Assembly: GCA_963754925.1 (NCBI GenBank)
Contig: CAVWHX010000003.1
Coordinates: 224,001 to 288,000 of the forward strand
Length of the DNA: 64,000 nt
Reading direction: 5' to 3'
Origin: an uncultured delta proteobacterium
GTDB taxonomy: Bacteria; Myxococcota; B64-G9
Below, one piece after another: positions 19,673-31,621 of the stretch (its first letter is position 1; every line of letters starts with the position of its first letter). The notes beneath the pieces were generated by a model, which saw only the letters and a list, made by a program, of their open reading frames with translations, was not told where the DNA came from and searched no databases. Position numbers and translations under genes: made by a program.

Positions 19673-22272
19673 ATGATCGAGCAGTCCACCAGTAATACGC
19701 ATCACATTCTTCCAGCGTTAGGGATGCACGACTCCTATGGCCCGTTGTTGCGGGCGTTTTTTAAACAGTTCTTCGACCAAATTAAATTTCCTCCCGAGGC
19801 GGCCGAGCGTATTCGCGAACTGGCAACACAGGGACCGCTGGTATACCTGGCTCGTTCGTCCAATGTATTGCACCTCTTATATCTCAATTACCTTTGTCTG
19901 AAACAAAACTTTCCCTTGGCGCGCTTCGTGGAAGGTGTTGACCCTATCTTTTTGCAACCGGTCGGCATCTTGCTGCGGCGCATGCGCACCCTCAGCGACG
20001 AAAGCCAAGGAGATCTTGAAGCCGAGGGCGAAGATCTCCCTCAGCGCCAATTAGCCGAGACCGTGTCCTCTGGTCAGTCCGCCTTACTGTGCCTCGATCG
20101 GCCGAACACCCTGATGAGCCCGAAGGAGCAACCGCAAAAAGATCTCCTCGCCGTGGTGCTCAAGATTCAAACCCAACTACAAAAGCCAATCTTTCTCCTA
20201 CCGCATGTCATTATCTGGAACAAACACCCCGAACGCGAAGCTAAAAATGTGGCCGATACCATTTTCGGTGTGCCCGAGGCGCCCGGGTTGCTGCGTTCGT
20301 TGTACCTCTTGCTGCGCTTTAATCGCTTGATGCAGGTTAAGTTTGCCGAACCGATCAACCTAGCCGACTTTTTAAAGAGCAATCGTCAGGCGATCCCGAC
20401 GTGTGGTCATCAAGGCTGCAACGGGTCCTTGCCGAGCGTCTGTCTCTGGAAGTGCTCGAGGTCACCGGTCCCCGCATACGCCCCCCCGCCGAATTTAAGC
20501 GTGAGATCCTCTCAGACGAGCGCATTCAACAGGTCATTCATTCCACCAGTAACGGCGATGAGGCTCGTGCCGAGGCCCTGCGCAAGCAGGCTCATGACCA
20601 AGTCGACGAGATCGCGGCTGAGCCGCGTATCCTATGGCCAATATACTTCGACAAGACCCTCAACCTCTTCTGGAAGCGCATTTTTGAAGGTATCGTGGTT
20701 GACGAGGAAGGGTTCGATAAAATTCGTAACGCCATCCGCCGCGCTCCCGTCGTTTTTTGCCCAAGCCATAAGAGCCATGTCGACTATCTCATTCTCAGTC
20801 AGCTCTGCCTGAGATACTTGCTGCCGCTCCCGCACATAGCCGCCGGGGAGAACTTATCCTTTTGGCCTCTGGGTCCAGTCTTCCGCCATTCCGGCGCATT
20901 CTTTATGCGCCGCTCGTTCAAAGGCGACCCACTCTACCCGGTGGTGTTCCGCACCTACCTACGCCACGTCATGAAGGAAGGATTTCCGATTGAGTTTTTC
21001 ATCGAGGGTGGCCGCAGCCGCACGGGTAAGCTCTTGACTCCTCGGTACGGGATCCTCTCGTGGCTGCTACAAGCATTCTCGGAAGGTACCGCCCCCGATC
21101 TCCAGTTTATCCCTATTTCGATCGATTACGAAAAGGTTGTTGAGAGCCGCGCGTACCTGCAGGAACTCAAGGGCGGTGAAAAATCGCAAGAGAATGTTGC
21201 CAACCTGGTTAAGTCGGGCAGCGCCCTTAAATCAAAATATGGGAAAATATATGTCCAGATTGGCGATACGATATCAGTCCGCGACATATTGGGAAACAAG
21301 TCGGGGGAGATCAGCTTAACCGAGGAGCAACGCCGCGATCTTACGCAGGAGCTGGCCCACGAGATTTTATTTAATATCAACCAGGTGACGACGGTCACCC
21401 CCTCGGCCCTCCTGGCGTTTTGTCTGCTGACGCACCGGCGGCGGGGCGTATCGCAAGAAGACTTGCTCGAACGCACTCTGTGGGCCGCCGCATGGATTCG
21501 TCACAGAGGACCGGCTCGTTTTTCGCACACCTTGGGTGACTTTAAACGCGCACTGATTGAGGCGGCGACGCGTTTCTCACATGATGGGCTGATCCGTATC
21601 CAGGACACCGGATTCGAGCTGGTTTACTCGCCGGTCGAGCAAAAGCGTCTGGCGCTAGATTTTTATCGCAACAACCTTATCCACCATTTTGTGCCGGCCG
21701 GGATCTTTGCACTCGCATTGGAGTCCTTCACGGTCGCGGTTGTTCCGATGGAGGCCTTGCGCGAGCGCATTCGCGACCTGTTTGAGTTGTTTCGATTTGA
21801 GTTTCTGTTCCGTTCCGAGAAGCACTTTGAAAATCAGGTCCAGGAAGCCAAGCGCGATCTGCTCAACGAAGGGGTTATCCGTGAGGAGGCTGAATTCGTG
21901 GTTAAGGTGCCCGAGGCCATCGAGCGGCGGATGCTTTTTAAAGCGGCGCTCGAACATTTCGTCGAAGCCTATTGGCTGGCGGCACGCAGCCTCATCTTTC
22001 TCTTGGAGGAACCGCTGACCGAGAAAGATTTTTTGGTAAAAGCCATGCGTCTCGGTGACCGGCTCTATGTGCAAGGCGAGTTGCTGCTCGCCGAATCCAT
22101 CTCACGTGATGTTCTGCGAAATGCCGTGCAGCTTTTCACCCAGCGCAGGGTGATCGGCATTCGATCGGCCGAGGGCCGCAAAGGGCCATTGCTTACGGTG
22201 CAGCCACCGTACAACTCTTCCGAGGCACTCTCTCGTATCGTCGCCGAGATCGAACGATACCACAAAGGTTAG
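19673..22272 (+). pseudogene. plsB: Glycerol-3-phosphate acyltransferase (PlsB-like), frameshift at ~20390 (probably a sequencing error)
   Basis: PSHKSHVD, GAFFMRR and FIEGGRSRTGK motifs. One extra G in CAGG/CGAT joins the ORFs as ...RQGDPDVWSSR. Confidence 0.82.
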
Positions 22273-22520
22273 AGACTGTTAGCTCGCGGAGCGAGCTTAC
22301 AGTCTCTTATCCCTGGAGCGAAGCGACAGGGGTTAGAGGATATCGTGTACGCAGGGAGTTACGGTCTCTTACCCCTAAAGGGGTAAGAGATTCTAAGCCT
22401 CGCGCCCCTAAAGGGACAAGAGATTGTCCGGTGGATAAGAGTTTGTAATCCTCACTTCGTTCGTCAACAATCTCTTATATACCTCGCTCAGCTTTGCTTT
22501 GCTCGCTACAATCTCTAGTT
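22271..22520. repeat. Cluster of palindromic REP-like hairpins between convergent genes
   Basis: AGAGACTGTTAGCTCGC/GCGAGCTTACAGTCTCT; TCTCTTACCCC-TAAA-GGGGTAAGAGA; AAGAGATTGT/ACAATCTCTT. Confidence 0.7.
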
Positions 22521-22536
22521 GCTCGGCAAGAATCTC

Positions 22537-24780
22537 TTACACTTTGAAGTCACCGATCCCGCCCTGAAGCAGCTTGCTTTTTTCTTCCAGGGCCTGGGTC
22601 AGTTCACCGATCTCCGCTGCCGTGCGCTGATGGTTATTGGCCATTGCGCCGATCTGTTCTGCGGCATGGAGGACGCCCTCAGTAACCGTTGATTGTTCCG
22701 TGAGAGCCTTTGCGGCGCGGTTTACGGCCTCGCTGATAGAGGCCACGGCCGTCACGGACTGACGGTTTTCTTGGGCTTGTTGGTTAACTTGCTTGCCCAG
22801 CGTCTGGGTGGTCTTGAGCGTCTCGCGGAAAGCCGTTTGGAGATCCACGCCGATCTGCGACCGTTCCGAGGCGGCTTTAGAAATGATCTGCGCCATATCG
22901 GCAAGTTTATTGATTTCACCACTCACCAGCGAGCTCGAACGCGCCTGTCCGTCGGTGTAATTCGCAATGGTCCCAACATTCTCGGCGGCCTTCTGGACAC
23001 TCACCAGGATCTGGTTAAGTGAGTTGCCCGCTTGTTGGGCCAGCGCTACCCCCTCATTGACGATCGCTCCGCCGCTCCGGATGACCTTGATTGCTTCTTC
23101 GGAGGCGCCTTGAATTCCCGCTATCATTTGGCCGATCTCGCGCGTCGAGGAAGAGGTCCGTTCGGCCAACGAACGAATCTCGTCAGCGACCACGGCAAAA
23201 CCACGCCCATGCTCACCAGCTTGCGCGGCGATGATAGCCGCATTCAGGGCCAGCAAGTTGGTCTGGTCTGCGATCTCTTGAATTACCACCAAGATTCCGC
23301 CGATCGCCTCGACATGGGTACCCAGCCCGACGATCACATTGGAAGCCTCGCCGGTGGAAGCCACGATGCGATCCATACCTTCGATGGTTCGACGCACCGA
23401 TGCCGCGCCGTTTTGGGCCATGTCGATAGCCACCTGGGCGATTTGAGCCGTGTCGTTGGCGCTGCTGGAAACCATCGAAATCGAACGTTCCATGTCCGCC
23501 AGAGATTGGGCGGAGCGGGTGACGCCCTCGGTGAGCGTCTCCATGTTGGCAGCCGTTTCGGGAATCGAATGCGTAAAACGCTCAACGAGCTCGCCGGTCT
23601 GCGATACGGTCGTCTGTAAGGTGTTCATGTCGCTCTGCACGCTCGCGAAACCTTCACCAACTTTAGTGGATGCTTCTATCGCTTCTTGGGATAAGTGGGT
23701 CAAGGCCTGTACGGTTTCGGAGAGCATCTGCACATTCTGGCTAAGTTCCCCGAGAGATCTGGTCGCGCTTTCGGCCGAACGGAGCTGGAGATTAGAATCC
23801 GAAGAAATTGCCGAGGTCTTCTGCAGCAGCTGGCTGCCGGCGCTCGCGACAGCGTTGAACAATTCGTTGATTACGGTCACCAGCCGACGAACGTTTTCAA
23901 CCATGGTCTGCAGATTTGCTCTCAGCGTCCCGAGCTCGTCGTCCCCGACCACCGGCATAGCGGCCGAGAGATCGCCCTTGCTCATTTCGGTAGTTATCCG
24001 AACCAGGTTTTGTATATTGCCGTCGATGCTCGTCACCACTATCACGCCGGTGCTTGACGCAATCACCGCAGTCACCAAAAAGACGACGACCATCAGACTG
24101 AATAATGAGCCGTTCGCGGCATCCGCATTCAGCTTGGCGGCGCCCACGCTCGAAAGCAACTGATCCGCCCCAATATACGCCATCGAGCAAACGACCAGGG
24201 TCGGGAGGACCGCGAGTGAAAGCCCCATGATCATCAACTTCACTTTTAAAGAAATCCGCTGGCTGAACTGACCGTTGATCGGATAGCCGGCGGCCAGCTC
24301 CTGAGTCTCACCCACCCATTTCTGAGTCAAGACCAAACAGCACGTACCCATGAACATGGCGTCAAAGAGTCCCATGACAATCATGAAGAAGATTAATCCG
24401 CTGGGGGCGCCGACAATGCCTTGCACCATAAACCCGGTGACCGGCAGTACAAGAATTGGCCCTAGAATGCCCATCAACCCGACCTTGCGGTAGAGCCCCT
24501 GCGCCTCCGATACCACCCTCGTATCCGCTCGATCGGATCGTTTAGCCCGAACGAATCCGACCAACGTTTGGCAAAGCCCTCGCACGCGCCAGATCGAAAG
24601 AGCAGCAACACCGGCAGCACCTATTAAGAGGATAAACGTAAAATAGGTTTTCTGGTCACTGCTGAGAGAAAAAACCTGAAAAGCCAAGCCAAGAGACACC
24701 AAAGAGACAACGCACCAAAGACCAACAATAAGGGCTGTAAGTCTGCTCTGTAACTGGTGGCCTGAATTCACCTCGGGCAC
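22537..24780 (-). CDS. Methyl-accepting chemotaxis protein
   Basis: Several N-terminal TMs, HAMP (DELG), hairpin motif [34 protein letters not shown]. Confidence 0.95.
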   Translation of the reverse strand: MPEVNSGHQLQSRLTALIVGLWCVVSLVSLGLAFQVFSLSSDQKTYFTFILLIGAAGVAALSIWRVRGLCQTLVGFVRAKRSDRADTRVVSEAQGLYRKVGLMGILGPILVLPVTGFMVQGIVGAPSGLIFFMIVMGLFDAMFMGTCCLVLTQKWVGETQELAAGYPINGQFSQRISLKVKLMIMGLSLAVLPTLVVCSMAYIGADQLLSSVGAAKLNADAANGSLFSLMVVVFLVTAVIASSTGVIVVTSIDGNIQNLVRITTEMSKGDLSAAMPVVGDDELGTLRANLQTMVENVRRLVTVINELFNAVASAGSQLLQKTSAISSDSNLQLRSAESATRSLGELSQNVQMLSETVQALTHLSQEAIEASTKVGEGFASVQSDMNTLQTTVSQTGELVERFTHSIPETAANMETLTEGVTRSAQSLADMERSISMVSSSANDTAQIAQVAIDMAQNGAASVRRTIEGMDRIVASTGEASNVIVGLGTHVEAIGGILVVIQEIADQTNLLALNAAIIAAQAGEHGRGFAVVADEIRSLAERTSSSTREIGQMIAGIQGASEEAIKVIRSGGAIVNEGVALAQQAGNSLNQILVSVQKAAENVGTIANYTDGQARSSSLVSGEINKLADMAQIISKAASERSQIGVDLQTAFRETLKTTQTLGKQVNQQAQENRQSVTAVASISEAVNRAAKALTEQSTVTEGVLHAAEQIGAMANNHQRTAAEIGELTQALEEKSKLLQGGIGDFKV

Positions 24781-24986
24781 GGCGCCCCCTTTGTGAACGG
24801 TAGGATTTCATTGTACTTAAAGCCACGAGCCTGTCAAACTATCGTAATCGTCTTCAAAAGTACCGAAGAAAAAGTGCGTTCGTTGTTTTTTGTGTTATAG
24901 TACTTTAAGAAATACCAAGGGATTAATAGTCACATAGTATTTCGTATTGTCAGTTTCAATACGGAGCTACCGTGTAGGAGACCGGC

Positions 24987-25532
24987 GTGAGGGTAAAGGG
25001 TTCGATTTTTGTCGAATTTGTGAAGACTATACGAGCCAACAAAACCGGCGTTTTCGATACGTACCTGACACCTGAAGATCGGGAAATCATCAGCCAAAGA
25101 ATCTTACCTAATATCTGGTATCCCTACGAAACGTTCAGGCACTGTTTAACGGCGGTTTATGAAGTTATTGGAAAAAAGGACCTTGAGGCTGTTAAGGAAT
25201 GGGGCCGGCTATACGGCCAGGCCCTCATGACCACGTTGTATGTGGGCATCTTAAAAAAGGGTAGTCCACTTACCTATATCAAAAGGATTAGCGTTCTTGT
25301 TCGGAACTTTTTTGATTTCGGCAGGGTGGAAATCGTCTTAGAGTCGGAAACCCAAGCTGTTTACAAAATTTTTGATTTTGATCCGCAGTATGCTCCTGTC
25401 CATTGCATGCTCATTGGATGGATAGAGCGAACCACGGAAATATGTGGGGCGAAAAATCTTAAGTGCGAGACGCTAAGTAAAAGTTGGGAAGGAGCCGCCT
25501 GCACCTCAACACGTCTTTCCTGGGACACCTAA
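24987..25532 (+). CDS. TIGR02265/DUF2378-like protein
   Basis: VKGS, WYP, FFDFG and GWIE...GAK motifs; terminal W. Confidence 0.65.
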   Translation: MRVKGSIFVEFVKTIRANKTGVFDTYLTPEDREIISQRILPNIWYPYETFRHCLTAVYEVIGKKDLEAVKEWGRLYGQALMTTLYVGILKKGSPLTYIKRISVLVRNFFDFGRVEIVLESETQAVYKIFDFDPQYAPVHCMLIGWIERTTEICGAKNLKCETLSKSWEGAACTSTRLSWDT

Positions 25533-25544
25533 TCTGATTCTCTG

Positions 25545-26732
25545 TCACGGTCCTCTATTACGCCCGTAGGTTTCATGACTGTCAACCCATTCACTGGTCC
25601 GAGCCAATGTATCAACTTCCACCGCGGTCATGAGAGAAATTTCACCTGCCAGCACTGTTGCCGCAACAATTTCGGCGAATTTCTTCACCTTGCCTTTTCC
25701 GTAACAGTCAAGCATTTCCAGACATTCTCTTTGCGTTGCAAGTCCGGTCCCTCCGCCGTAGGTTGCGACTATCAGAGATGGAATGGTTATGGAATAGTAG
25801 AAATCTCCCTCCTTGGTGGTTTCCGCATACGCAATTGCCGCCGAAGATTCAGAAACATTTGCTACGTCCTGCCCGGTAGCAATAAACATCGCCGTAATAG
25901 CGTTGGCGGAATGAAGCCCATTATTGACAGCGCCAGACATGAAACTGCCAATGGTAGAAACCCTCAGACCGTATTGAAGCCGAAACGGAGAGGAGTTCAT
26001 CTCACGTCTCACGATTTCTTGCGGTATGGTGACCTCGGCCGTGACCCGCTTGCCTCTTGTCCGAAGGGAATTAATCATGGAGGCCTTTTTATCGGTGGCA
26101 AAGTTTGAATCCAGTATATAGTTTCTTGCGGGGGAGTAATTGGCACGTATCCATTCACAGGCAAAAAATGTAGCTTTTCCGGTCATGTTCTGACCTGCAG
26201 CATCACCGGTCGTAAAATTAAAACGAAGGAACAAAAACTTGCCGGCATGGTACTGTTCAATGTCGATGAGTTTGCCGATTTTTGTGGTTGCTTCCGCTTG
26301 GTTTTTAATTTCACTAAAGTTCTCTTTTAACCAGACGCCGAAGTCGCGCGCTTGCCGAGCATCTTTGAAGATAAAAACAGGCGCACGTTGCATTGCATCC
26401 CCTGAAATCGTTGTTCGTATGCCCCCGCTCATGGAGGTAATCTTCATACCTCGGTTATAACTCGCAACGAGGGTTCCTTCTGTGGTTGCAAGCGGTACAT
26501 AGAACTCTCCCTGTGCGTGTTCCCCCTGTATAAGAATTGGTCCGGCAATCCCCATAGGCACCTGCGCCACGCCAATAAAGTTCTCTATATTTCCAGGCAA
26601 CATACCAGGATCAAAGGAATAGTTCTTGGTATGAATCAATTTTTTCCCAGTTTTTCCCTCTAGAAATTCCTGACGCTTTTTCGCCATTTCATCTGAGTAA
26701 TCATTATTTCTGGATCGTGGAATTTTTTCCAT
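25545..26732 (-). CDS. HMG-CoA reductase (class I-like)
   Basis: ENFIG, PLATTEGTLVAS, TGDAAGQNM, DKK, TGQDVA and GGGTGL motifs; C-terminal His. Confidence 0.9.
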   Translation of the reverse strand: MEKIPRSRNNDYSDEMAKKRQEFLEGKTGKKLIHTKNYSFDPGMLPGNIENFIGVAQVPMGIAGPILIQGEHAQGEFYVPLATTEGTLVASYNRGMKITSMSGGIRTTISGDAMQRAPVFIFKDARQARDFGVWLKENFSEIKNQAEATTKIGKLIDIEQYHAGKFLFLRFNFTTGDAAGQNMTGKATFFACEWIRANYSPARNYILDSNFATDKKASMINSLRTRGKRVTAEVTIPQEIVRREMNSSPFRLQYGLRVSTIGSFMSGAVNNGLHSANAITAMFIATGQDVANVSESSAAIAYAETTKEGDFYYSITIPSLIVATYGGGTGLATQRECLEMLDCYGKGKVKKFAEIVAATVLAGEISLMTAVEVDTLARTSEWVDSHETYGRNRGP

Positions 26733-26826
26733 TGGTTGCCCTACTAGTTCAGGTAATTAATATAAAACTTACCATCAACATTAACGATCGCATCGGCAGA
26801 GTCATTATGGGGGGGGTTGGTTAAGG

Positions 26827-28041
26827 TTAACGTTTTTTAGATTTCGTTGAGATGAGTTCTGCAATGCGATCGAGAATGCGGTTGGCAACCACCTCCTTGG
26901 CAAGAAGCGGGAGCTCCTCGTCTCTGTCTTCTTCGACCAGGTAAACCTTGTTGGTATCAACCTCAAAGCCAGACCCGGGCGCCGTCACATCGTTTGCGAC
27001 CACCAAGTTAAGCTTTTTCTGTATTAATTTCGATCTCGCCAAATCAATCGGGTTTTCGGTTTCGGCGGCAAAGCCTACTTTAAAAATCCCCCTTCGGGTA
27101 TTGGCAAGCGAAGCCAATATGTCTTCGGTGGCCTCCCAGGTAATGTATGAAAGGCCTTTTTCCTTTTTTATTTTCTTTTGAGCAATCTTCTGGGGACGAA
27201 AATCAGCAACCGCAGCAACCATCATCAAGACCTCGCAGTCAGCAAGCTTGGCCTTGACGGCCTTGGCCATTTCGGCCGCGCTCATCACCGGCTGCACGGT
27301 AACCCCCCACGGGTACGGGAGAGCCGTGGGCCCAGAGATCAAGGTTACCGCCGCGCCGCGCCGCCGGGCCTCTGATGCAAGAGCATAGCCCATTTTTCCT
27401 GACGATCGGTTTGAGACAAAACGCACCGGATCAAGAGCCTCACGCGTTGGCCCGGCCGTAATTAAAAAACGTTTTCCGCTCAGATCATGCTTGGCAACTA
27501 ACGATCGGGCTATCTCCCAAATAACCAAGGGCTCTTCCATTTTACCGACGCCCTGTTCGTTGCAGGCGAGAAGTCCCGGTTGCGGCCCGGCCCAATAAAA
27601 CCGCTTGTTTTGTTTCAGTCGAGTGACATTCTCTTGAGTGATTGAGTTTTCCCACATACGAACGTTCATGGCCGGGGCTAGCAGGACCGGACAGGTGCTC
27701 GCAAGCACCGTGGTGGTCAACAGGTTGTCGGCCAGGCCGTTTGCTATCTTTGCCAAGGTATTGGCGGTCGTCGGTGCAATTACGATAAGCTGTGCATCGC
27801 GTCCCAGATCGATATGATGCATACCGGCGGCCGCGAGGCGACCTCCCTGGCCTACCTCGGCCGGACGACCGGTCAGGGCTTGAAAGGTAATCGGCCCAAC
27901 AAATTGCGCAGCATAGTCGGTGAGGATTGCCTGCACCACCGCACCGTCTTTAACCAGCAACCGCGCAAGCTCACAGGTGCGGTAGGCTGAAATCCCCCCG
28001 CTCACCCCAAGCACCACCAGTTTGCCGTCGAACGTTCCCAC
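26827..28041 (-). CDS. coaBC: Bifunctional phosphopantothenoylcysteine decarboxylase/ligase
   Basis: GGISAY, APAMN, TAGPTRE, NRSSGKMG, AAVADF and GFAAET motifs. Confidence 0.97.
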   Translation of the reverse strand: MGTFDGKLVVLGVSGGISAYRTCELARLLVKDGAVVQAILTDYAAQFVGPITFQALTGRPAEVGQGGRLAAAGMHHIDLGRDAQLIVIAPTTANTLAKIANGLADNLLTTTVLASTCPVLLAPAMNVRMWENSITQENVTRLKQNKRFYWAGPQPGLLACNEQGVGKMEEPLVIWEIARSLVAKHDLSGKRFLITAGPTREALDPVRFVSNRSSGKMGYALASEARRRGAAVTLISGPTALPYPWGVTVQPVMSAAEMAKAVKAKLADCEVLMMVAAVADFRPQKIAQKKIKKEKGLSYITWEATEDILASLANTRRGIFKVGFAAETENPIDLARSKLIQKKLNLVVANDVTAPGSGFEVDTNKVYLVEEDRDEELPLLAKEVVANRILDRIAELISTKSKKR

Positions 28042-28270
28042 GATCAGCTCCTCAACGAGACACGTTCCGTATATAGGTCAATCAACCACAAATCTCAAGT
28101 TATCGCCAGAATTAACGATAGCCGAATGCGTGACCTAATCGTAACATAAGAAAATTATCACTGTCCACGGTGCGCACGATAGTTCGTTGTGCAACCGCAC
28201 GCGGAGCATATACTTCAACCTCATTGAATATTGAATCGTGAGAGCCGAGAAATCCAGGCAGGGAAAAACG

Positions 28271-28555
28271 CTATGCTGATGTCTCGTTCATCCGAGACTT
28301 AAGCACCGGGCTCGCCTTGAAGGTCACTACCCGGCGCGCCGAGATCTCAATTGCCTCGCCTGTTTTTGGGTTGCGCCCGACGCGAGTTTTCTTATTCCGG
28401 GGAGTAAAATTGCCGAATCCGGAGATCTTTAATTTTTCTCCTCGTTCCAGCGTCGCCTTCATGGTTTCGAAGACCATTTCGACAACTTCCGACGCCTGAC
28501 TCTTGGGGAACCCTACCCTCTTGTGCACCTCTTCAACAATGTTAGCCTTGGTCAT
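28271..28555 (-). CDS. ihfA: Integration host factor alpha
   Basis: MTKANIVE, KISGFGNF, GRNPKTGE and RRVVTFK motifs. Confidence 0.92.
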   Translation of the reverse strand: MTKANIVEEVHKRVGFPKSQASEVVEMVFETMKATLERGEKLKISGFGNFTPRNKKTRVGRNPKTGEAIEISARRVVTFKASPVLKSRMNETSA

Positions 28556-28836
28556 GGCCATGGTCTCACTCCTTGTCAAAAGAGGTAACTTTTCCTCTAT
28601 GTGCGGTTCTATATGACAAATCTCGTCACGATGCAAGGAAAATCTTCTTGTTTCTCGGTATCAATTTATCGTGATTCGTCTTCAAACCACGATGAGCGGC
28701 GCACCCTTTTCACAACACATCGCTCCCCTCTGATATCAGGCCATTTTTTGACGATTCCTGAAGCTTTAATGAATTGAATTACCATAAGAAATTATCTTAA
28801 TAGTGTTCTCAGATAAAACGGATTGCCCCCGTCTAC

Positions 28837-30537
28837 TCAACATGCTTTGCAAGCTCGACAGATGTCCGGTTGACACGGCGGTGTTGTAAGTTCGCTACAG
28901 GCGCGTTGGCGTTCGCTTGCCAAATAGACTGAAGCAACGCCGGTATCAACGATTCGCCAGGGTGGTGTGCTATCGGCAGGCCACGGTTCAAAAACGAGCC
29001 TCTCCCAACCGGGAATAAATTCCTCGAGCATTGCCTGCGAGGGCGGCCATGCGCCGTTGCAGGCAAGGAGGAGATCCGCGAAGCGCTCGTCGGCTCGATC
29101 CAACAGGCACTGGAGTATCGCTGCGCGCGGTGATTCCCCCGAGATCGTCACTCCCCCAAGACGCCGCAACCCTCCTTCAAGGAGCGTTTTTCGGCGTCGC
29201 AATTCCTTGAGGGATGGGATAGAACTCGTTTCAAAGGGCGTGTGCGGTTTCGGGATAAAGGGATTGATCGAAACCGTGATCTGCCCGGTGCGGCCCTTCT
29301 TTCGATGACCGGCAAGCAACCACTGCTGCACCCGGCCAACGAGGGCGAGCGTGGCCTGTAAGTCCTCGTCCTGTTCGGTGGGCAATCCGTACATGAAGTA
29401 CAGTTTAAGGTTCAAAATTCCGGCCTCGCCGAGAAGTCGCACCGCGGACTCAAGGGATTCCTGACCCGTGGTTTTATTGATAACCCGTGCAAGTCGTTCC
29501 GACCCAGTTTCAGGGGCCAACGTGACCGTTCGACTGCCGCCGCGGACAAGTTGGGCGATGAGAGCCGGACCGCTTTTACCTGCCAGCGCGCGCGGATCGA
29601 GCGAGGCTGGCGATAGATCGGCGCCGCAACGCGCCAACGCATCAATGATCAGCGGCAGCTCTGGATGCCACGCGAGGCTTGCGCCCACCAAGCCAATCCG
29701 CTGATTACTCTCGATTCCTGGACGGGCCGCAGCCAGAATTTGAGCAGCGGTAAAAAAACACGCTGGCCGACGTGAGAAACCTATGGCGCAGAAACGGCAG
29801 CCCGCTGGGCACCCGCGACCTGTTTCAACCAGGAACATACCCCGGAAGTGGCCTTCAGCATTCGAGAATACTTGAGCCATGGGCTGGCACACCGTATCGC
29901 TGTTAGCACGGGATGCCACCCGTGATGGTCTCCCTTCTGTTATTCCCGGGACTAATATTCCTGGTATGCCAGCGAGGGATTCAAGAAGCTCGCGCCTACC
30001 GCGTACCCGGCTTTCCGAAAGTATCTCGAGTATGGTCGGCAGGGTTGCTTCGGCATCACCGGGAACCAATAAATCAACAAACGGCACAAACAATTGCGGC
30101 GCCAGACGCACCGCTATCCCGCCGGCAAGAATGAGCGGGTGATTCCCAGCGCGCTCGGCGCGTTTCGGCGGTATTCCGGCAGAGCGCAGAAAAGCTGCAA
30201 GCCCGACGGCATGCTCCTCAAACGGCACGGTGAGAGCCACCAGCTCAAAATCGTCAACATGGCGGCCGGATTCAAGCGATCGGGGTTTTGCCGGCCGATC
30301 AGGCGTCGCTTCAAAAAATAACCGTTCGGCTAGGGCGTTTGGATACGCACTGATCATCCGGTATAAACCGTGCAGCGCCAGGCACGAACATCCTTCGGGC
30401 TCCGGGCCAAGGTAGACCACCAACGCCGACAGACGTCCTCCGGGCTCACGGCGCTGAGCTTCGGCCACGGCTCCCTGCGACGGCAGTCGATACCGCGGCT
30501 TATTCCTGGTTTTGGAGAACCTTGATGTTTTTTTCAA
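28837..30537 (-). CDS. Radical SAM protein (TIGR03960/Elp3-MiaB-like)
   Basis: GRGCPAGCRFC (CxxxCxxC), TLAPETG, KLYFMYGLPTE, FIPKPHTPF; C-terminal Cys cluster. Start uncertain. Confidence 0.85.
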   Translation of the reverse strand: MKKTSRFSKTRNKPRYRLPSQGAVAEAQRREPGGRLSALVVYLGPEPEGCSCLALHGLYRMISAYPNALAERLFFEATPDRPAKPRSLESGRHVDDFELVALTVPFEEHAVGLAAFLRSAGIPPKRAERAGNHPLILAGGIAVRLAPQLFVPFVDLLVPGDAEATLPTILEILSESRVRGRRELLESLAGIPGILVPGITEGRPSRVASRANSDTVCQPMAQVFSNAEGHFRGMFLVETGRGCPAGCRFCAIGFSRRPACFFTAAQILAAARPGIESNQRIGLVGASLAWHPELPLIIDALARCGADLSPASLDPRALAGKSGPALIAQLVRGGSRTVTLAPETGSERLARVINKTTGQESLESAVRLLGEAGILNLKLYFMYGLPTEQDEDLQATLALVGRVQQWLLAGHRKKGRTGQITVSINPFIPKPHTPFETSSIPSLKELRRRKTLLEGGLRRLGGVTISGESPRAAILQCLLDRADERFADLLLACNGAWPPSQAMLEEFIPGWERLVFEPWPADSTPPWRIVDTGVASVYLASERQRACSELTTPPCQPDICRACKAC

Positions 30538-30891
30538 CAGAAGAGGCCTCTCGATAAAGAAATTTTATTTTATTGCAGGGCGTTATAGAGATTCTTCCTT
30601 TCCAACTATCAAAATCCGGTCTACGAGAAACGATTATGGTATCGCCATATTAAAGATCATCGCAGCGAGTTAACCCAGAACAGCTGGAGGAGTCAACCTA
30701 TGAATTTTCTTGAGTTCTTAACATGACCGACAGATCCCTAATACTTGGCAACAATGCGCGGAAAAAAATGATTTTTTGTTGACTTATAACGTCAATAATA
30801 TAAGATGTTATATGAAAATGACGCCTGCAAATCGCATCAAATATCGGGGAACAACTTATTCAGGTACTTCTGGGCAAAAAAGGAGTCGACT

Positions 30892-31554
30892 ATGTTTGAA
30901 GCTATCGTAGAACCCTTCAGTGAAGGTGGCTGGGGAATGTACCCAATTGCGTTAATAGCGTTGTGTGTGATCATCATCACCGGGGAGCGCATCGCCTTTC
31001 TATTCTTCCAAGCCAGGATCAACAAAGCCGATTTCGTAAACACCATGCATAAGTACCTTTTCCAAGGCAACCTGCAACGCGCCATAACCTACTGCTCATC
31101 ACAGCACGCCCCGCTCGCCAATATCATCAAGGCGGGATTACTGCGCATCGATGGCTCGGAGCAGGAAATTCAGTCCGCCATGGATGAAGTAGCTCTTCAG
31201 GAAATGCCGCGAATCGAGAGACGTACCGGCTATCTGGCGATGCTTGGAAACGTCGCCGTTCTCGCCGGCTTGCTCGGCACCATCACCGGCCTTATCCGTT
31301 CATTTGCGGCGGTGTCGGCCGCTGACGCCGCCGAGAAGGCGGTGTTGCTCGCGAAAGGTATCTCGGAAGCCATGAACTGCACTGCTTTTGGCTTGGGTAC
31401 CGCGATCCCGACCCTGGTTCTCTTTTCGATTCTATCGGGCACTACCCAGCACTTGATCGATGACATCAATGAAAGCACGGTTCGAATGTTGAATCTCATC
31501 CTGGCTAACAAGGACAAGCTGAATACAGCCGATGTTCGCGCCTCGGCTGAATAA
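30892..31554 (+). CDS. MotA/TolQ/ExbB proton channel (AglR-like)
   Basis: GGWGMYPI, GLLGTITGLI and GISEAMNCTAFGL motifs. Confidence 0.92.
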   Translation: MFEAIVEPFSEGGWGMYPIALIALCVIIITGERIAFLFFQARINKADFVNTMHKYLFQGNLQRAITYCSSQHAPLANIIKAGLLRIDGSEQEIQSAMDEVALQEMPRIERRTGYLAMLGNVAVLAGLLGTITGLIRSFAAVSAADAAEKAVLLAKGISEAMNCTAFGLGTAIPTLVLFSILSGTTQHLIDDINESTVRMLNLILANKDKLNTADVRASAE

Positions 31555-31621
31555 GTTTTCCGAGCGGGGAACATTTGTGACTCTTTGACGCTCTCGTTAG
31601 TCAGTCGAGGAGGATGTATCT

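Noticed and set aside
22271..22520. CRISPR array
   Set aside because: No constant-length repeats with regular spacers, and no cas genes.
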